Positions 1 through 10,002 are shown, counted from the stretch's first letter. The stretch: DNA of 64,000 nucleotides from Candidatus Nomurabacteria bacterium (GCA_023898625.1 CP060231.1:148258-212257); one strand, 5' to 3'. Notes: generated by a model not told the origin, from the sequence alone. Numbers and translations are program-made.

Positions 1-802
1 TTAATACTTTCTTTATTGCGTCAGTTGCAATGTAAAACTTTTTATCACCATATTGCACAAGCGAATATTCAATTGCCGAATTAACGGCAATCGCTACGTT
101 AGCTGGCAAAGTCCAGGGCGTGGTTGTCCAGGCAAGCAAATATTCATCGGTATCTTCTATCTGAAAGTACACAAATACACTTGGGTCTGTATCTACTTGG
201 TAGCTATTTTCCATTGCTACTTCGCTTTTACTAATTGGCGTGGCGTCTTTGGTGCAGTAAATTAGAATTTTCTCACCCTCATAAATCTTGCCCTTTTCAT
301 AAAGCTCTTTAAATGCCCACCAAACCGATTCCATGTATTCGTTATCCATAGTTTTATAGGCACCCTTAAACTCTACCCACCTGCCGATCCGGTCAATCGT
401 GTCTTCCCACTCGGTACCGGTTTTTACCATCGCCGTTCGGCAAGCTTGCACATAATCGGCAATACTAATCTTGGTGCCGATTTCTTTTTTGTTTTTAATG
501 CCTAGTTGGTTTTCTACAAACACTTCGGCTGGCAAACCATGACAGTCCCAACCCCAAACTCGCTCTACACGGTGACCTTGCATAGTTTGGTATCGTGCAA
601 CTGTGTCTTTTATGGCAGAAACCAATAAATGTCCGTGATGAGGCGTGCCAGTCAAAAACGGAGGGCCGTCATAAAACACCCACCGCTTATTCTCTGGCCT
701 TTGCTCAACCGATTTTTCAAAAGTTTTATTCTGCTTCCACTGCTTAATGATATCTTTTTCGTATTCAATTGGCTTGCGTCGTGTGCCTGATTTAAATTTC
801 AT
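1..802 (-). CDS. ileS: Isoleucyl-tRNA synthetase, N-terminal part (gene runs off the left edge of the window)
   Basis: Own translation of the minus strand from ATG at 802-800: MKFKSGTRRKPIEYEKDII...FYDGPPFLTGTPHHGHLL (HIGH motif)...GWDCHGLPAE...TTTPWTLPANVA. This is the class I aaRS core with IleRS-type blocks. AAGGA Shine-Dalgarno lies just upstream. It is absent from the ORF track because it is open at the window edge. Confidence 0.9.
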   Translation of the reverse strand, partial: MKFKSGTRRKPIEYEKDIIKQWKQNKTFEKSVEQRPENKRWVFYDGPPFLTGTPHHGHLLVSAIKDTVARYQTMQGHRVERVWGWDCHGLPAEVFVENQLGIKNKKEIGTKISIADYVQACRTAMVKTGTEWEDTIDRIGRWVEFKGAYKTMDNEYMESVWWAFKELYEKGKIYEGEKILIYCTKDATPISKSEVAMENSYQVDTDPSVFVYFQIEDTDEYLLAWTTTPWTLPANVAIAVNSAIEYSLVQYGDKKFYIATDAIKKVL

Positions 803-961
803 CTCATTCCTTTTCGTTGATTATATTTTATGGCTATGTTATAATTGAAGTATTCAATATTGAAAATACCTCGCTCGTGCGCGTCCTTGCGGGGTTTTTT
901 CATTGCTTGCCTTCCAATTTACGTTGTACTTTAGTTCGTATTTCATCCATAAATAAAATCT

Positions 962-985
962 TACTGCCTGCTGCCTTACGCAGTA
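962..985 (-). terminator. Stem-loop downstream of the MTase/nuclease operon
   Basis: TACTGC (962-967) pairs with GCAGTA (980-985). On the minus strand it is followed by a T-rich tract (AGATTTTATTT) and lies about 60 nt after the stop of the 1042..2148 gene. Confidence 0.35.
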
Positions 986-1041
986 GGCTTGATGAGTATT
1001 TAAGATTCGGCGTTATAACCATTTTAAATTTCATTTTGTTC

Positions 1042-2148
1042 CTATCTATCACTCTTTCTGCGATTATCCTCTTTACATATCATTTGACAGTTTTCACTTA
1101 CGGTTTTGCCGCCTTCACTCCACGGCGTAATATGATCGGCCTCCATTTCGCCGATCTCCCAATGCTTGCCACCACACACTGCGCCTCTAGCTACACAGTC
1201 TCCCTTTTGCCTTTCGTAAGCTTCACGCTTCATCCGATCAGAGAAACTACGCACCGAGAGATATTTCTCATGACCCGTCAAAAGATAAGAATATATCCCC
1301 GACTTGCTAGTAACATCATCATCTTGCATCAGCCGAGAAACTTCCCGCTCTAGCTCGTCGGCATTCAAATCATCGTCTTTATGCTCATTATAAAGCTCGC
1401 CCCACGGCACATTTTTCATCTCACCCCGATAATTTGGGAATATCCGCCGTGCCCACGCTATCACGTCCTGAAAATATCGCCATAATTCATCGGCGTTTTT
1501 GTCGTGTTGATGACGAGCCATGTAGTCACGGATTTCGCCCTTATTTATCCAAGATAAAGCTTTTTCTAGGATTTCCTGACGCAAAGGTGCTCCCGCCACC
1601 AATTGCCCACCATCGCTAGCCAGCAGATACGCTACGCAGTTACTTTTACTAAACTTCAGCTTGGCGTCCGATAGCCATGTCCCAGTATAAACAGCGTTTC
1701 GAATTTCCTGCGGAGTTAGTTTTTCGCCAGCGATATTAATGACCTCAAACCATTTTAATCGCTCGCTATCTGTCCCTTCGCAAAAATAAATCATCAATTC
1801 GTATTCAAGTATTGCCTCTTGCTCCTCGGCAGTTAGATTATGAAAAAATAAATCATCAACCGAAAAATCACCGTTAATATATTGTCCGATGCTAATCGTT
1901 CGTTGCTGCCCATCAAGCACCTCATAACCGCCGTCGCCACGCACCATCCAATACATGACATTGAGCGGGAAGTTTTGGCGAACTGTGCGAATTACTTCAT
2001 CACGCTGTTTGCCACTATAAACAAACTCTCGCTGATATTTTGGGCGAACATCAAGTTCACCATTATATGCAACTACGCCGTGTTCGGCATTGTCCTGAAA
2101 GCCAGCAAGGGCGACACGGATTTTGATACGATGTAAATCAATTTTCAT
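1042..2148 (-). CDS. DUF262 (ParB/GmrSD-like, DGQQR motif) N-terminal domain fused to a C-terminal HNH endonuclease; putative restriction nuclease
   Basis: 368-aa ORF. LDGQQRT motif typical of DUF262. The C-terminus ...EADHITPWSEGGKTVSENCQMICKEDNRRKSDR matches the HNH (H-N-N/H) finger. Start is 5 nt after the stop of the upstream MTase. Confidence 0.75.
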   Translation of the reverse strand: MKIDLHRIKIRVALAGFQDNAEHGVVAYNGELDVRPKYQREFVYSGKQRDEVIRTVRQNFPLNVMYWMVRGDGGYEVLDGQQRTISIGQYINGDFSVDDLFFHNLTAEEQEAILEYELMIYFCEGTDSERLKWFEVINIAGEKLTPQEIRNAVYTGTWLSDAKLKFSKSNCVAYLLASDGGQLVAGAPLRQEILEKALSWINKGEIRDYMARHQHDKNADELWRYFQDVIAWARRIFPNYRGEMKNVPWGELYNEHKDDDLNADELEREVSRLMQDDDVTSKSGIYSYLLTGHEKYLSVRSFSDRMKREAYERQKGDCVARGAVCGGKHWEIGEMEADHITPWSEGGKTVSENCQMICKEDNRRKSDR

Positions 2149-2153
2149 AATAC

Positions 2154-3218
2154 TTATTTCTCTACTTTCTTGTTTTTAATTAAAATACGTGCATAAATTT
2201 TCTTTCCATTTAAGTATGGATATCCGAAGTTAAAATCATCAATTTTTGTTGTTACCATCTGTCCCAAAAGTTTAAATTGACTGGGATTAAATTTATCCAA
2301 AAAAGTTATCGGTACGCCCATCACTCCTGTATAATCTTTGGGTATATCAGCCACTACATTAACATTTATTGCATCATAGTTGTCATAGTGCGGGTACAAT
2401 TCTGGGGTATAGCTACGATACATCTCAAACTCTTCATGTCGTTTGGTTGTGTCTAGATTAGTAAACCAACAGGCCATAATGTGCTTTACTTTTTTGCCGT
2501 CAACCATCTTTTCATAAGCTTGATCCTCCGGTACTTCAAACCACATATCACTATTGATATTACGATAGCCCAACCACAGTTTATTATCTTTTATCAAACT
2601 GAAAGTTTCTTTATAGGTAATCGCATTTTTATTGCCAATTATCAAAAACTTTTTATCGTGCTCCACCAGCTGTGCGATATATTCGCGGAAAAGACTAAAT
2701 GGTGGATTCGTCACCACGATATCTGCTTTTTCTAGTAGCGCTACGCATTCTTTACTGCGAAAATCGCCGGCTGGATAATCTTTGTCACCTTTAAGTGTCA
2801 CCCATTCGTTGTTTTTGTTTATCTGAAGTTGCTTGGCAACATCGGCTAGATTGTATGCTCCATCGCCATCAATATCACCAACATCATTGATAACAAATCG
2901 TTTTGCTTTAACTTTTGGACGACCTTTTTGTTTAGGCATTTTTGGCTCTTCTATCCCCAAAGATAGTGTTAGTTGCACTTCATCTATCGGCGACGGCTTA
3001 TAGCTGGTCGTAATCAGTGATTTTAGCTCTAACTGCTTAAAGTTTAATACAAAGTAACGAAAAAAATTGCTCTCATATGGGTCATCGCAGTTACAATAAA
3101 CAGTTTTACCCTTAAATTGAGCTTTATAATATCGCAACTCGTCTTCAATGTCTTTTGACTGAGTATAAAACTCATCTTTTTTTGACTGTTTAGCTTTTTG
3201 CAGAACTTTTTGAGCCAT
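2154..3218 (-). CDS. N6-adenine DNA methyltransferase, EcoRI-methylase-like family
   Basis: 354-aa ORF. N-terminal KKDEFYT motif and catalytic VVTNPPFS (NPPF) motif. First gene of a two-gene operon with the DUF262-HNH nuclease. Confidence 0.75.
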   Translation of the reverse strand: MAQKVLQKAKQSKKDEFYTQSKDIEDELRYYKAQFKGKTVYCNCDDPYESNFFRYFVLNFKQLELKSLITTSYKPSPIDEVQLTLSLGIEEPKMPKQKGRPKVKAKRFVINDVGDIDGDGAYNLADVAKQLQINKNNEWVTLKGDKDYPAGDFRSKECVALLEKADIVVTNPPFSLFREYIAQLVEHDKKFLIIGNKNAITYKETFSLIKDNKLWLGYRNINSDMWFEVPEDQAYEKMVDGKKVKHIMACWFTNLDTTKRHEEFEMYRSYTPELYPHYDNYDAINVNVVADIPKDYTGVMGVPITFLDKFNPSQFKLLGQMVTTKIDDFNFGYPYLNGKKIYARILIKNKKVEK

Positions 3219-3254
3219 ATATTCGACCTTTCTAAAATTAAAAACACTCCTTTT

Positions 3255-3410
3255 AGCTATCGGAATCCCAGCGTACTAGGACGGTACCATCCGATTTCTA
3301 AAAGAAGTGCTTATCACTTTTTTAGCTCTTATTTAACGGCTGTTACGGGCTTACCCGGCGAGGTCTACTTGTCTAACGACTTTCTTCTTGCTACTTCGTG
3401 GTTGATAGCC
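3255..3410. ncRNA. Candidate structured RNA of unknown class in a 257-nt intergenic gap
   Basis: GC looks higher than the flanks. Closing helix GCTATC (3256-3261) / GATAGC (3404-3409). Internal hairpins: CGGG-loop-CCCG, AAGTG-loop-CACTT and GGATG-GTAC-CGTCC. The only ORF here (3198..3464) has no convincing coding features. Strand undetermined. Confidence 0.25.
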
Positions 3411-3475
3411 ACTCATCCAAACTGGAACGTATTTACACAATCAGTTTACAATAAACAGAGGTAATTAACAAGTTT

Positions 3476-3742
3476 TTACTTAACTTCACCATATGCTGAA
3501 AGTTCATTAATTAACGGTAATGGATTTCCACTCCATTTCTGCAACAAAGACCCACCGTTATCTAATGCCAAAAAAATTGGATGATCTAACACATCGTATA
3601 GCTTCATTTTTGAGATTCCATCTGGAGTATCAATATTTAACAACTCGATATCTTTGCCTGTACGATCGTGAAACTCGCGTACATACTGTTCAACTCCTCG
3701 AGCAAATTCTGAATTTGGTCGATAAAGCACAATCAGTTTCAT
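3476..3742 (-). CDS. Small hypothetical protein downstream of nrdJ (no cysteines)
   Basis: 88-aa ORF, same strand as nrdJ and 88 nt downstream of it. No CxxC motif, so it is not a redoxin. No recognisable motif. Confidence 0.5.
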   Translation of the reverse strand: MKLIVLYRPNSEFARGVEQYVREFHDRTGKDIELLNIDTPDGISKMKLYDVLDHPIFLALDNGGSLLQKWSGNPLPLINELSAYGEVK

Positions 3743-3829
3743 ACAGTTTAGTGTACCACAGATAACTGTAATTATCTGTAAGGTTCGGTGCGACTTTACC
3801 TAAGCACCGAACCTTACTATTTATGTCTT

Positions 3830-6601
3830 CTAGCTACATCCTGTGGTGCTACCACAACTGGTGCACACGTAACAGCTACCTGAACGCTGAGTTTGGTTGC
3901 CACAATTAAAACAAAGTGGAGCATTATCATCCTTGATAGATGCTTGCTTATTACTAGCTTTTGCCTGTTTTACCATTTCGATTGGTAAGCTTATCGTTTC
4001 CGTAGCAACTTCTTTTGAATCTACTGTATCAACTTCTGGTTCGTCAATCAGCGAAGTTTGCTCTTCTGGCATATCATCAATTGACGCTAATCCAAGCTCT
4101 AAGCGATCATCAAATGGCAGATAATCAAGAGCTAATCTTCTAACTATATAATCTGTTATAGAAGTAGCTGTTCGAATATCCACATCATCCGTAATTCCTG
4201 CTGGCGCAAAACTAGTGCCACGCAAAGTCTTAACATAACTCTTTAGTGGAACCCCATACTGCAACCCGTGACTCATAGATATGGCAAACGAATCCATTAA
4301 TCCAGACAGGGTTGAGCCTTGCTTTGAAATGTTCACAAATACTTCACCTGGTGTACCATCGTCGTATTCCCCAACAGTAAAGTATCCGTCCAGGTCGGCA
4401 ATTTCAAAGTGATAGGTCTTACTGGCGCGTACTCGTGGTAGCTTTCGTCTTACGGCACCCTTAACTACAATCTTATCTTCGTTTGACTGAACAGGTGCAG
4501 ATTCTGTTTTTTCGGATCCTTCTTTCTTGGCCATAGATAACGGCTGGGCTACTTTACAGTTATCTCGATAGATTGCCACCGCCTTTAATCCAAGCTTCCA
4601 TGACTCTATATGTAATTGCTCAACATCTTCGACGCTAACATCTTCAGGCATATTTACTGTCTTGCTAATCGCCCCAGACAAGAATGGCTGAACGGCGCCC
4701 ATCATCTTTACATGACCCATATAATGAATAGCATTATCACCCATTGAACAAGCAAAAACAGCCAGGTGCTCCTTCTTGATGTGTGGCGCACCGATAATAG
4801 TTTTTTCGGTATCTATATAGTCGATAATTGCGTCAATTTGCGACTTATTATAGCCTAGTGTTTTTAGTGCTCGCGGAACTGTTTGGTTAACAATATGCAT
4901 GGTACCACCGCCGACTAGCTTCTTGACTTTCACAAGACCTAGGTCTGGTTCGATACCTGTTGTGTCGCAGTCCATCATCAGACCAATGGTTCCTGTTGGA
5001 GCCAAAACGCTAGCCTGCGAATTGCGCACGCCAAACATATTCCCCAGCTCAACTGCATCATCCCATGACTCTGTTGCGGCACTCAAAAGATCTTCAGACA
5101 CTAAACCAGCGTCAATATTTGAAACTTCTGCGCGATGCATCTTAAGGACTTTCAGCATTGCCTCGCGATCTTTATGGAACCCACTGAATGGTCCGACTCT
5201 TCTGGCGATCCTAGCACTCGTTGCATATGCATGACCCGTCATCAGCGCAGTAATTGTTGCAGCCTGAGCACGACCTTCATCAGAGTCATAAGGCAAGCCC
5301 TGTGCCATCAATAATGCCCCAAGATTTGCATAACCTAAGCCAAGTTCTCTGTAGGCACGTGCATTTTTTCCTATACCTTCTGTTGGATATTCCGAATAAC
5401 CAACTAGTATTTCCTGTGACGTAAACATCACCTCTACGGTATGCTTAAAGGCTTCTATATCAAACGTACCGTCTTTATTTAAATATTTAAGCAAGTTAAT
5501 GGAGGCAAGATTACATGCAGAATTATCAAGGTGCATATATTCACTACATGGGTTTGAAGCATTAATGCGCCCGGCGTTTGGTGCAGTGTGCCATTTATTG
5601 ATAGTTGTGTCGAACTGCATACCCGGATCTGCACACTCCCAAGCCGCCTCAGCAAATTGGCGCATCAATTTACGAGCCTTTATCGTTTTAACTGTTTTAC
5701 CAGTTGTAACCGCTTTTAGGTCCCAGTCTGCATCGTCAACCACTGCTTGCATAAATTCATCTGTTACGCGAACAGAATTGTTGGCATTCTGATATTGCAC
5801 AGAAAATGCATCTTTACCATCCAAGCTCATATCAAATCCAGATTCTTGCAGTACCCTAGCTTTCCGCTCTTCAATTGCCTTTGCCCAGATAAATTCTTCT
5901 ACATCTGGATGATCGGCGTTTAAAATAACCATCTTGGCTGCACGTCGTGTTTTGCCACCACTTTTAATAGCTCCAGCAGAAGCATCTGCGCCACGCATAA
6001 AACTCAATGGACCACTAGCCGTACCAGCGCTCTTGCCTAGCTTCTCTGCAGATGATCGAATTGGACTCAGGTTAACACCAGAACCAGACCCACCCTTAAA
6101 GATCATTCCCTCTTCTTTATACCAATTTAAAATTGCTGGCATTGTATCCTCAATACCCAAAATAAAACAAGCACTAGCCTGTTGAGATCTATCCGTAGCG
6201 CCAATATTAAACCAAACTGGTGAGTTAAAAGATGCTCTTTGGGTTGCCAAAATATACTTTAACTCTTGCTTAAAATCTTCTGCTTCCTCTTTAGATTCAA
6301 AGTAATCTTCTTGCAATCCTTGTCTAACTATCGTGTCGGCCACCCGGTTAATCAAATCACGCAGGCTATTTTCGCGCTCATCAGTACCCGGGGTTCCAGA
6401 AAAATACTTTTGCGCAACAATATTTATTGCGTTAACCGACCATCCATCCGGAAATTCAACGCCTCTTTGTTCAAAAACATTGACGTTTGTTATCGGATTA
6501 TTAATAATCGAGTCTCTTTTTACCCATTTTAATTGATCGTATGCTTTAGTTTTGGGCTTCGTAAAGAAGCGACCAACACCCAGTGTAGTTGTTTGTCCCA
6601 T
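3830..6601 (-). CDS. nrdJ: Class II (adenosylcobalamin-dependent) ribonucleotide reductase
   Basis: 923-aa ORF. Blocks NPCSEY, TGTIGLMMDCDTTGIEP and AVAIYRD. Cys-rich C-terminal tail CFNCGNQTQRSGSCYVCTSCGSTTGCS typical of monomeric NrdJ. Confidence 0.95.
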   Translation of the reverse strand: MGQTTTLGVGRFFTKPKTKAYDQLKWVKRDSIINNPITNVNVFEQRGVEFPDGWSVNAINIVAQKYFSGTPGTDERENSLRDLINRVADTIVRQGLQEDYFESKEEAEDFKQELKYILATQRASFNSPVWFNIGATDRSQQASACFILGIEDTMPAILNWYKEEGMIFKGGSGSGVNLSPIRSSAEKLGKSAGTASGPLSFMRGADASAGAIKSGGKTRRAAKMVILNADHPDVEEFIWAKAIEERKARVLQESGFDMSLDGKDAFSVQYQNANNSVRVTDEFMQAVVDDADWDLKAVTTGKTVKTIKARKLMRQFAEAAWECADPGMQFDTTINKWHTAPNAGRINASNPCSEYMHLDNSACNLASINLLKYLNKDGTFDIEAFKHTVEVMFTSQEILVGYSEYPTEGIGKNARAYRELGLGYANLGALLMAQGLPYDSDEGRAQAATITALMTGHAYATSARIARRVGPFSGFHKDREAMLKVLKMHRAEVSNIDAGLVSEDLLSAATESWDDAVELGNMFGVRNSQASVLAPTGTIGLMMDCDTTGIEPDLGLVKVKKLVGGGTMHIVNQTVPRALKTLGYNKSQIDAIIDYIDTEKTIIGAPHIKKEHLAVFACSMGDNAIHYMGHVKMMGAVQPFLSGAISKTVNMPEDVSVEDVEQLHIESWKLGLKAVAIYRDNCKVAQPLSMAKKEGSEKTESAPVQSNEDKIVVKGAVRRKLPRVRASKTYHFEIADLDGYFTVGEYDDGTPGEVFVNISKQGSTLSGLMDSFAISMSHGLQYGVPLKSYVKTLRGTSFAPAGITDDVDIRTATSITDYIVRRLALDYLPFDDRLELGLASIDDMPEEQTSLIDEPEVDTVDSKEVATETISLPIEMVKQAKASNKQASIKDDNAPLCFNCGNQTQRSGSCYVCTSCGSTTGCS

Positions 6602-6682
6602 AATACCCTCACTTTATATTGTTATTTTGTTTTTATTTAGAGTCCTCATCATATCACTTATCGACCAATGATAGATGTTTGA

Positions 6683-6724
6683 GCTCCTCACAATTCTCAA
6701 CTCATATTAAGAGCTGTGAGGAGC
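6683..6724 (-). promoter_or_regulatory. Intercistronic stem-loop between nrdR and nrdJ
   Basis: Perfect 10-bp inverted repeat GCTCCTCACA (6683-6692) / TGTGAGGAGC (6715-6724) with a 22-nt loop. No U-run follows on the minus strand, so it is not a canonical terminator. Confidence 0.35.
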
Positions 6725-6743
6725 CAGAAAAACTACAGTATTT

Positions 6744-7220
6744 CTATGCAGATTTTTCTTGCTCTGTTTGATGTTGACGTATTTGCGATAATTCTTGCTC
6801 AAAACTAGCTATATCTTTGAAGCGTCGATACACACTAGCAAATCGAACGTATGCAACTTCATTAACGTTTGCTAGGTTATCCATAACAAGCTCGCCTATC
6901 TTAGATGAAGAGACATCGGGTTCGCCACAACTATATAACTTTTGTTCTACATTCGAAACAATTTTCTCAATTTGTACACTAGTTATAGTTGTTTTTTCGC
7001 ATGCTCTATGCAACCCACTTAACAACTTATCTCGATTAAAAAGCTCCCGCGTACCATTGTGTTTGATTACTACTAGTTGAGGATACTCAATACGTTCATA
7101 AGTCGTAAATCGATTATTGCATTTCTGACAAGAGCGACGACGACGAATAGATTCACCTTCAGCAACGTCACGCGACTCAATCACCTTTGTGTCGGCGTTT
7201 TGACATTGATTACATCGCAT
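6744..7220 (-). CDS. nrdR: Transcriptional repressor NrdR (zinc ribbon + ATP-cone)
   Basis: 158-aa ORF. MRCNQCQNADTKVIESRDVAEGESIRRRRSCQKCNNRFTTYERIE is the NrdR zinc ribbon, followed by an ATP-cone. Sits directly upstream of nrdJ. Confidence 0.95.
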   Translation of the reverse strand: MRCNQCQNADTKVIESRDVAEGESIRRRRSCQKCNNRFTTYERIEYPQLVVIKHNGTRELFNRDKLLSGLHRACEKTTITSVQIEKIVSNVEQKLYSCGEPDVSSSKIGELVMDNLANVNEVAYVRFASVYRRFKDIASFEQELSQIRQHQTEQEKSA

Positions 7221-7262
7221 TATTTACTCCTATTTCGCAATTTTATGTTTAATAATGTACGA

Positions 7263-7284
7263 ACACTTAATCTATATATAGTGT
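7263..7284 (-). promoter_or_regulatory. NrdR-box-like palindrome in the nrdR-nrdJ promoter region
   Basis: Minus strand reads ACACTATATATAGATTAAGTGT. The first 16 nt match the published NrdR-box consensus acaCwAtATaTwGtgt at about 14/16. Lies about 45-65 nt upstream of the nrdR start and overlaps TATA-rich -10-like sequence. Confidence 0.5.
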
Positions 7285-7362
7285 CTATGCTTACAAGCAT
7301 ACCCCTACAAGTAGCGTAATTCAAGTATTTTCTGCTGTATTATTTATTACGTTAGACTAAGT

Positions 7363-8646
7363 TTACTCAGGGTGCTTATCTGATGATTTTTGGTTGTTCC
7401 GTTTTCTAAATCTGCGTAAAAATGAGGGCTTTTCTAACTCATCATCAATATGCTCTGCCTCGTTTTCGGATGGCTGATTTTGTGTTGCCTCATTGTCGTT
7501 CTCGTGATCTATCGCCCAAATATTTGGCATAGGCGTATCATTATGAAAATCCGATACATCGTGCGTATTTTCAGATTTGTCCTCTAAGTCCATATTTATA
7601 CTCGATATATCCTCATCTTCTTTGGGGCTACTCGACTTATTCGCTTTGGTTGGCTTTTCTTCAATATTTGCCGTTTTTCGGTTAGCAAAATACGAGCTAT
7701 CAAAACCCGTTGCCACAACCGTAATAATAATCTCATCGCCTAAATCTGGACTTATTGTTGCTCCAAATATAATATTTGCGTCTCCGTCAGCTGCATTTGT
7801 GATGGTTTCAGCTGCGGTATTAATCTCGTGCATAGTCATATCATTGCCACCAATAACATTGAACAAAACACCACGAGCGCCATCAATCGAGACTTCTAAC
7901 AATGGAGACTCTATGGCCTGTTGAGCTGCCTTTACGGCTCTGTCTTCGCCACTAGCTCTACCAATACCCATTAATGCCGAGCCAGCATTGCTCATAACCG
8001 CCTTAACATCTGCAAAGTCAAGGTTAATAAGCCCGTGTACGGTTATTAGGTCAGATATCCCTTGAACACCTTGCCTCAAAACATCATCTGCAACCTTGAA
8101 AGCCTCCATTAATGGGGTTTGCCTATCGATTGTTTGTAATAATCTGTCGTTAGGAATAATAATTAGCGTATCTACTGCACTGCGCAAGTTATCGATTGCA
8201 GATTCCGCATTTTTTCGGCGTTTTTCACCTTCAAAAGCAAATGGTTTGGTAGCAAAGCCTACAACCAAAGCATTTTCTTCTTTAGCCACCTTCGCAACAA
8301 TATGTCCCGCTCCACTACCAGTGCCCCCACCGGCGCCAATCGTAACAAATACCATATCAGCACCATGAATTGCTTTTTGAATTTCATCTATTGATTCTTG
8401 AGCGGCGCGCTCACCCACAGAAGGATCTGCGCCGGCGCCTAGTCCTCTAGTAGCATCTTTGCCAATATGAATTTTTTTTGTAGCCTTAGAGTGATGTAAT
8501 GCCTGCGCATCGGTATTGATTGCAATAAACTCCACACCATCAACACCTGACTCTACCATACGGTTAATGGCTGCTCCCCCAGCACCACCAACTCCTACTA
8601 CTTTAATGCTTGCGAATGTTTCAATAGCTGGTTCAACTTGTGGCAT
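7363..8646 (-). CDS. ftsZ: Cell division protein FtsZ
   Basis: 427-aa [16 protein letters not shown] and the tubulin signature GGGTGSGAG. Acidic, disordered C-terminal tail. Confidence 0.97.
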   Translation of the reverse strand: MPQVEPAIETFASIKVVGVGGAGGAAINRMVESGVDGVEFIAINTDAQALHHSKATKKIHIGKDATRGLGAGADPSVGERAAQESIDEIQKAIHGADMVFVTIGAGGGTGSGAGHIVAKVAKEENALVVGFATKPFAFEGEKRRKNAESAIDNLRSAVDTLIIIPNDRLLQTIDRQTPLMEAFKVADDVLRQGVQGISDLITVHGLINLDFADVKAVMSNAGSALMGIGRASGEDRAVKAAQQAIESPLLEVSIDGARGVLFNVIGGNDMTMHEINTAAETITNAADGDANIIFGATISPDLGDEIIITVVATGFDSSYFANRKTANIEEKPTKANKSSSPKEDEDISSINMDLEDKSENTHDVSDFHNDTPMPNIWAIDHENDNEATQNQPSENEAEHIDDELEKPSFLRRFRKRNNQKSSDKHPE

Positions 8647-8763
8647 TTAATATTTCCTATTCATTATTCTTGCTTACGTAAATTTAGTATACGCGAGTGA
8701 TTGAACAACTGCAATGCTACACACGAATTTTTTGTTTTTTCCTGTGAATAAGTTATGTGTTTA

Positions 8764-10002
8764 TTATTTATTTTTCTTAATTTTGTGCCAAACACCACCT
8801 AAGACACCGAATACATTTCCGTTGTCATGACCACTTCCTGATCTTTGCGAACTTGCTGGTAGTAGTAAGATATCTAATATCATTAATCCTATACTAGTAG
8901 CAAACGCAGGATCGTTAACTGTATCTATTAACCCCCCTATGGGCTGAGCTTTGCCAATACGTGCTGCAAGTTGTAACTTTTCGCGCGCAAAGTCTGCTAT
9001 ACCGGGCATTTTAGCCATACCACCAACAATTACTACGCCACCAGGTAGCTTTTGTGATTTATGAATTCTTTTCAATTCTTTACTAATCAGCTCGAATAAT
9101 TCTTCAACTCTAGCTTCAGTAATCATTGCAACTTCATCTGCATCAAAACTATAATTCTTTTTCTGAATACTAACACTTATAGTACCTATCTTAGCCTGGT
9201 CGCCAAGCCCTGCATGCTGAACTTTAACTGCTTCGGCAATATCTAGGTCGGTTTTTAATCCGATAGCCAAATCGTTAGTAAGATGGATTCCTCCGACTGG
9301 AATAACCCCTACATATTGAACCTCTCCATCCTCCACAACAACCATATTGGTGGTTCCAGCGCCTATATCAATAAGTAATGTTCCCGATTCTTTTTGCTGC
9401 CTAGATAGCACTGCCTCGGCTGATGCCAAGCTAGAAACAGTATAGTTAGTTGGCCTGACATGTGCTTTTTCAAGAACGAGATCAACATTTTTTAAATTAG
9501 AACTTAAAGCCGTAACTATGTGCGTATCTACCTCAAGTCGAATCCCCTGCATCCCTACTGGATCTTTAATGTTATCCTGGCCATCAATCCTATAGTTTTT
9601 CGCGAAAACTTGTATTATTTCCCGATTTGGGGGTAACTTTATAACAGTTGCTGCTTCTTCTACCCTAGAAACGTCTGAAGTTGTTATTTCCTTATTAGCT
9701 GTGCTTATTGCAACTACACCCCTAGAATTTAATCCAGCTATATGTGACCCATTAATATTTACTGTTGCGCTTTGAATGTGTACACCAGATACCTGCTCAG
9801 CCTGATTAATTGCTTTGATTATGGCATCGGTAACATCGTCAATATGAGCAATAACACCTTTACGCATACCAAGGTTTGTAGATAAACCATGACCAATAAT
9901 TGACACTTTACTTTGATCTTGTTGGTCGATAACACCAACAATACACCGCACTGAGCTGGTACCAATATCTATTCCTACATAATGTTGTGGCTGTTCACGC
10001 AT
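8764..10002 (-). CDS. ftsA: Cell division protein FtsA
   Basis: 412-aa ORF. Actin-fold N-terminus VGIDIGTSSVRCIVG and LIDIGAGTTN. Immediately upstream of ftsZ. Confidence 0.9.
   Translation of the reverse strand: MREQPQHYVGIDIGTSSVRCIVGVIDQQDQSKVSIIGHGLSTNLGMRKGVIAHIDDVTDAIIKAINQAEQVSGVHIQSATVNINGSHIAGLNSRGVVAISTANKEITTSDVSRVEEAATVIKLPPNREIIQVFAKNYRIDGQDNIKDPVGMQGIRLEVDTHIVTALSSNLKNVDLVLEKAHVRPTNYTVSSLASAEAVLSRQQKESGTLLIDIGAGTTNMVVVEDGEVQYVGVIPVGGIHLTNDLAIGLKTDLDIAEAVKVQHAGLGDQAKIGTISVSIQKKNYSFDADEVAMITEARVEELFELISKELKRIHKSQKLPGGVVIVGGMAKMPGIADFAREKLQLAARIGKAQPIGGLIDTVNDPAFATSIGLMILDILLLPASSQRSGSGHDNGNVFGVLGGVWHKIKKNK

Noticed and set aside
817-1353. 178-aa plus-strand ORF.
   Set aside because: It is antisense to the well-supported DUF262-HNH gene and the ileS upstream region, and has no motifs.
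3255-3410. RNase P RNA or SRP RNA assignment for this intergenic element (GAAGAAAGTCG resembles the RNase P CR-I block; GTAACAGCC resembles the SRP GGAAGCAGCC).
   Set aside because: A complete type A RNase P RNA with both P4 strands is present at 51233-51672. The element here is only about 155 nt, has no complementary P4 strand, and lacks the SRP tetraloop/AGCA geometry.
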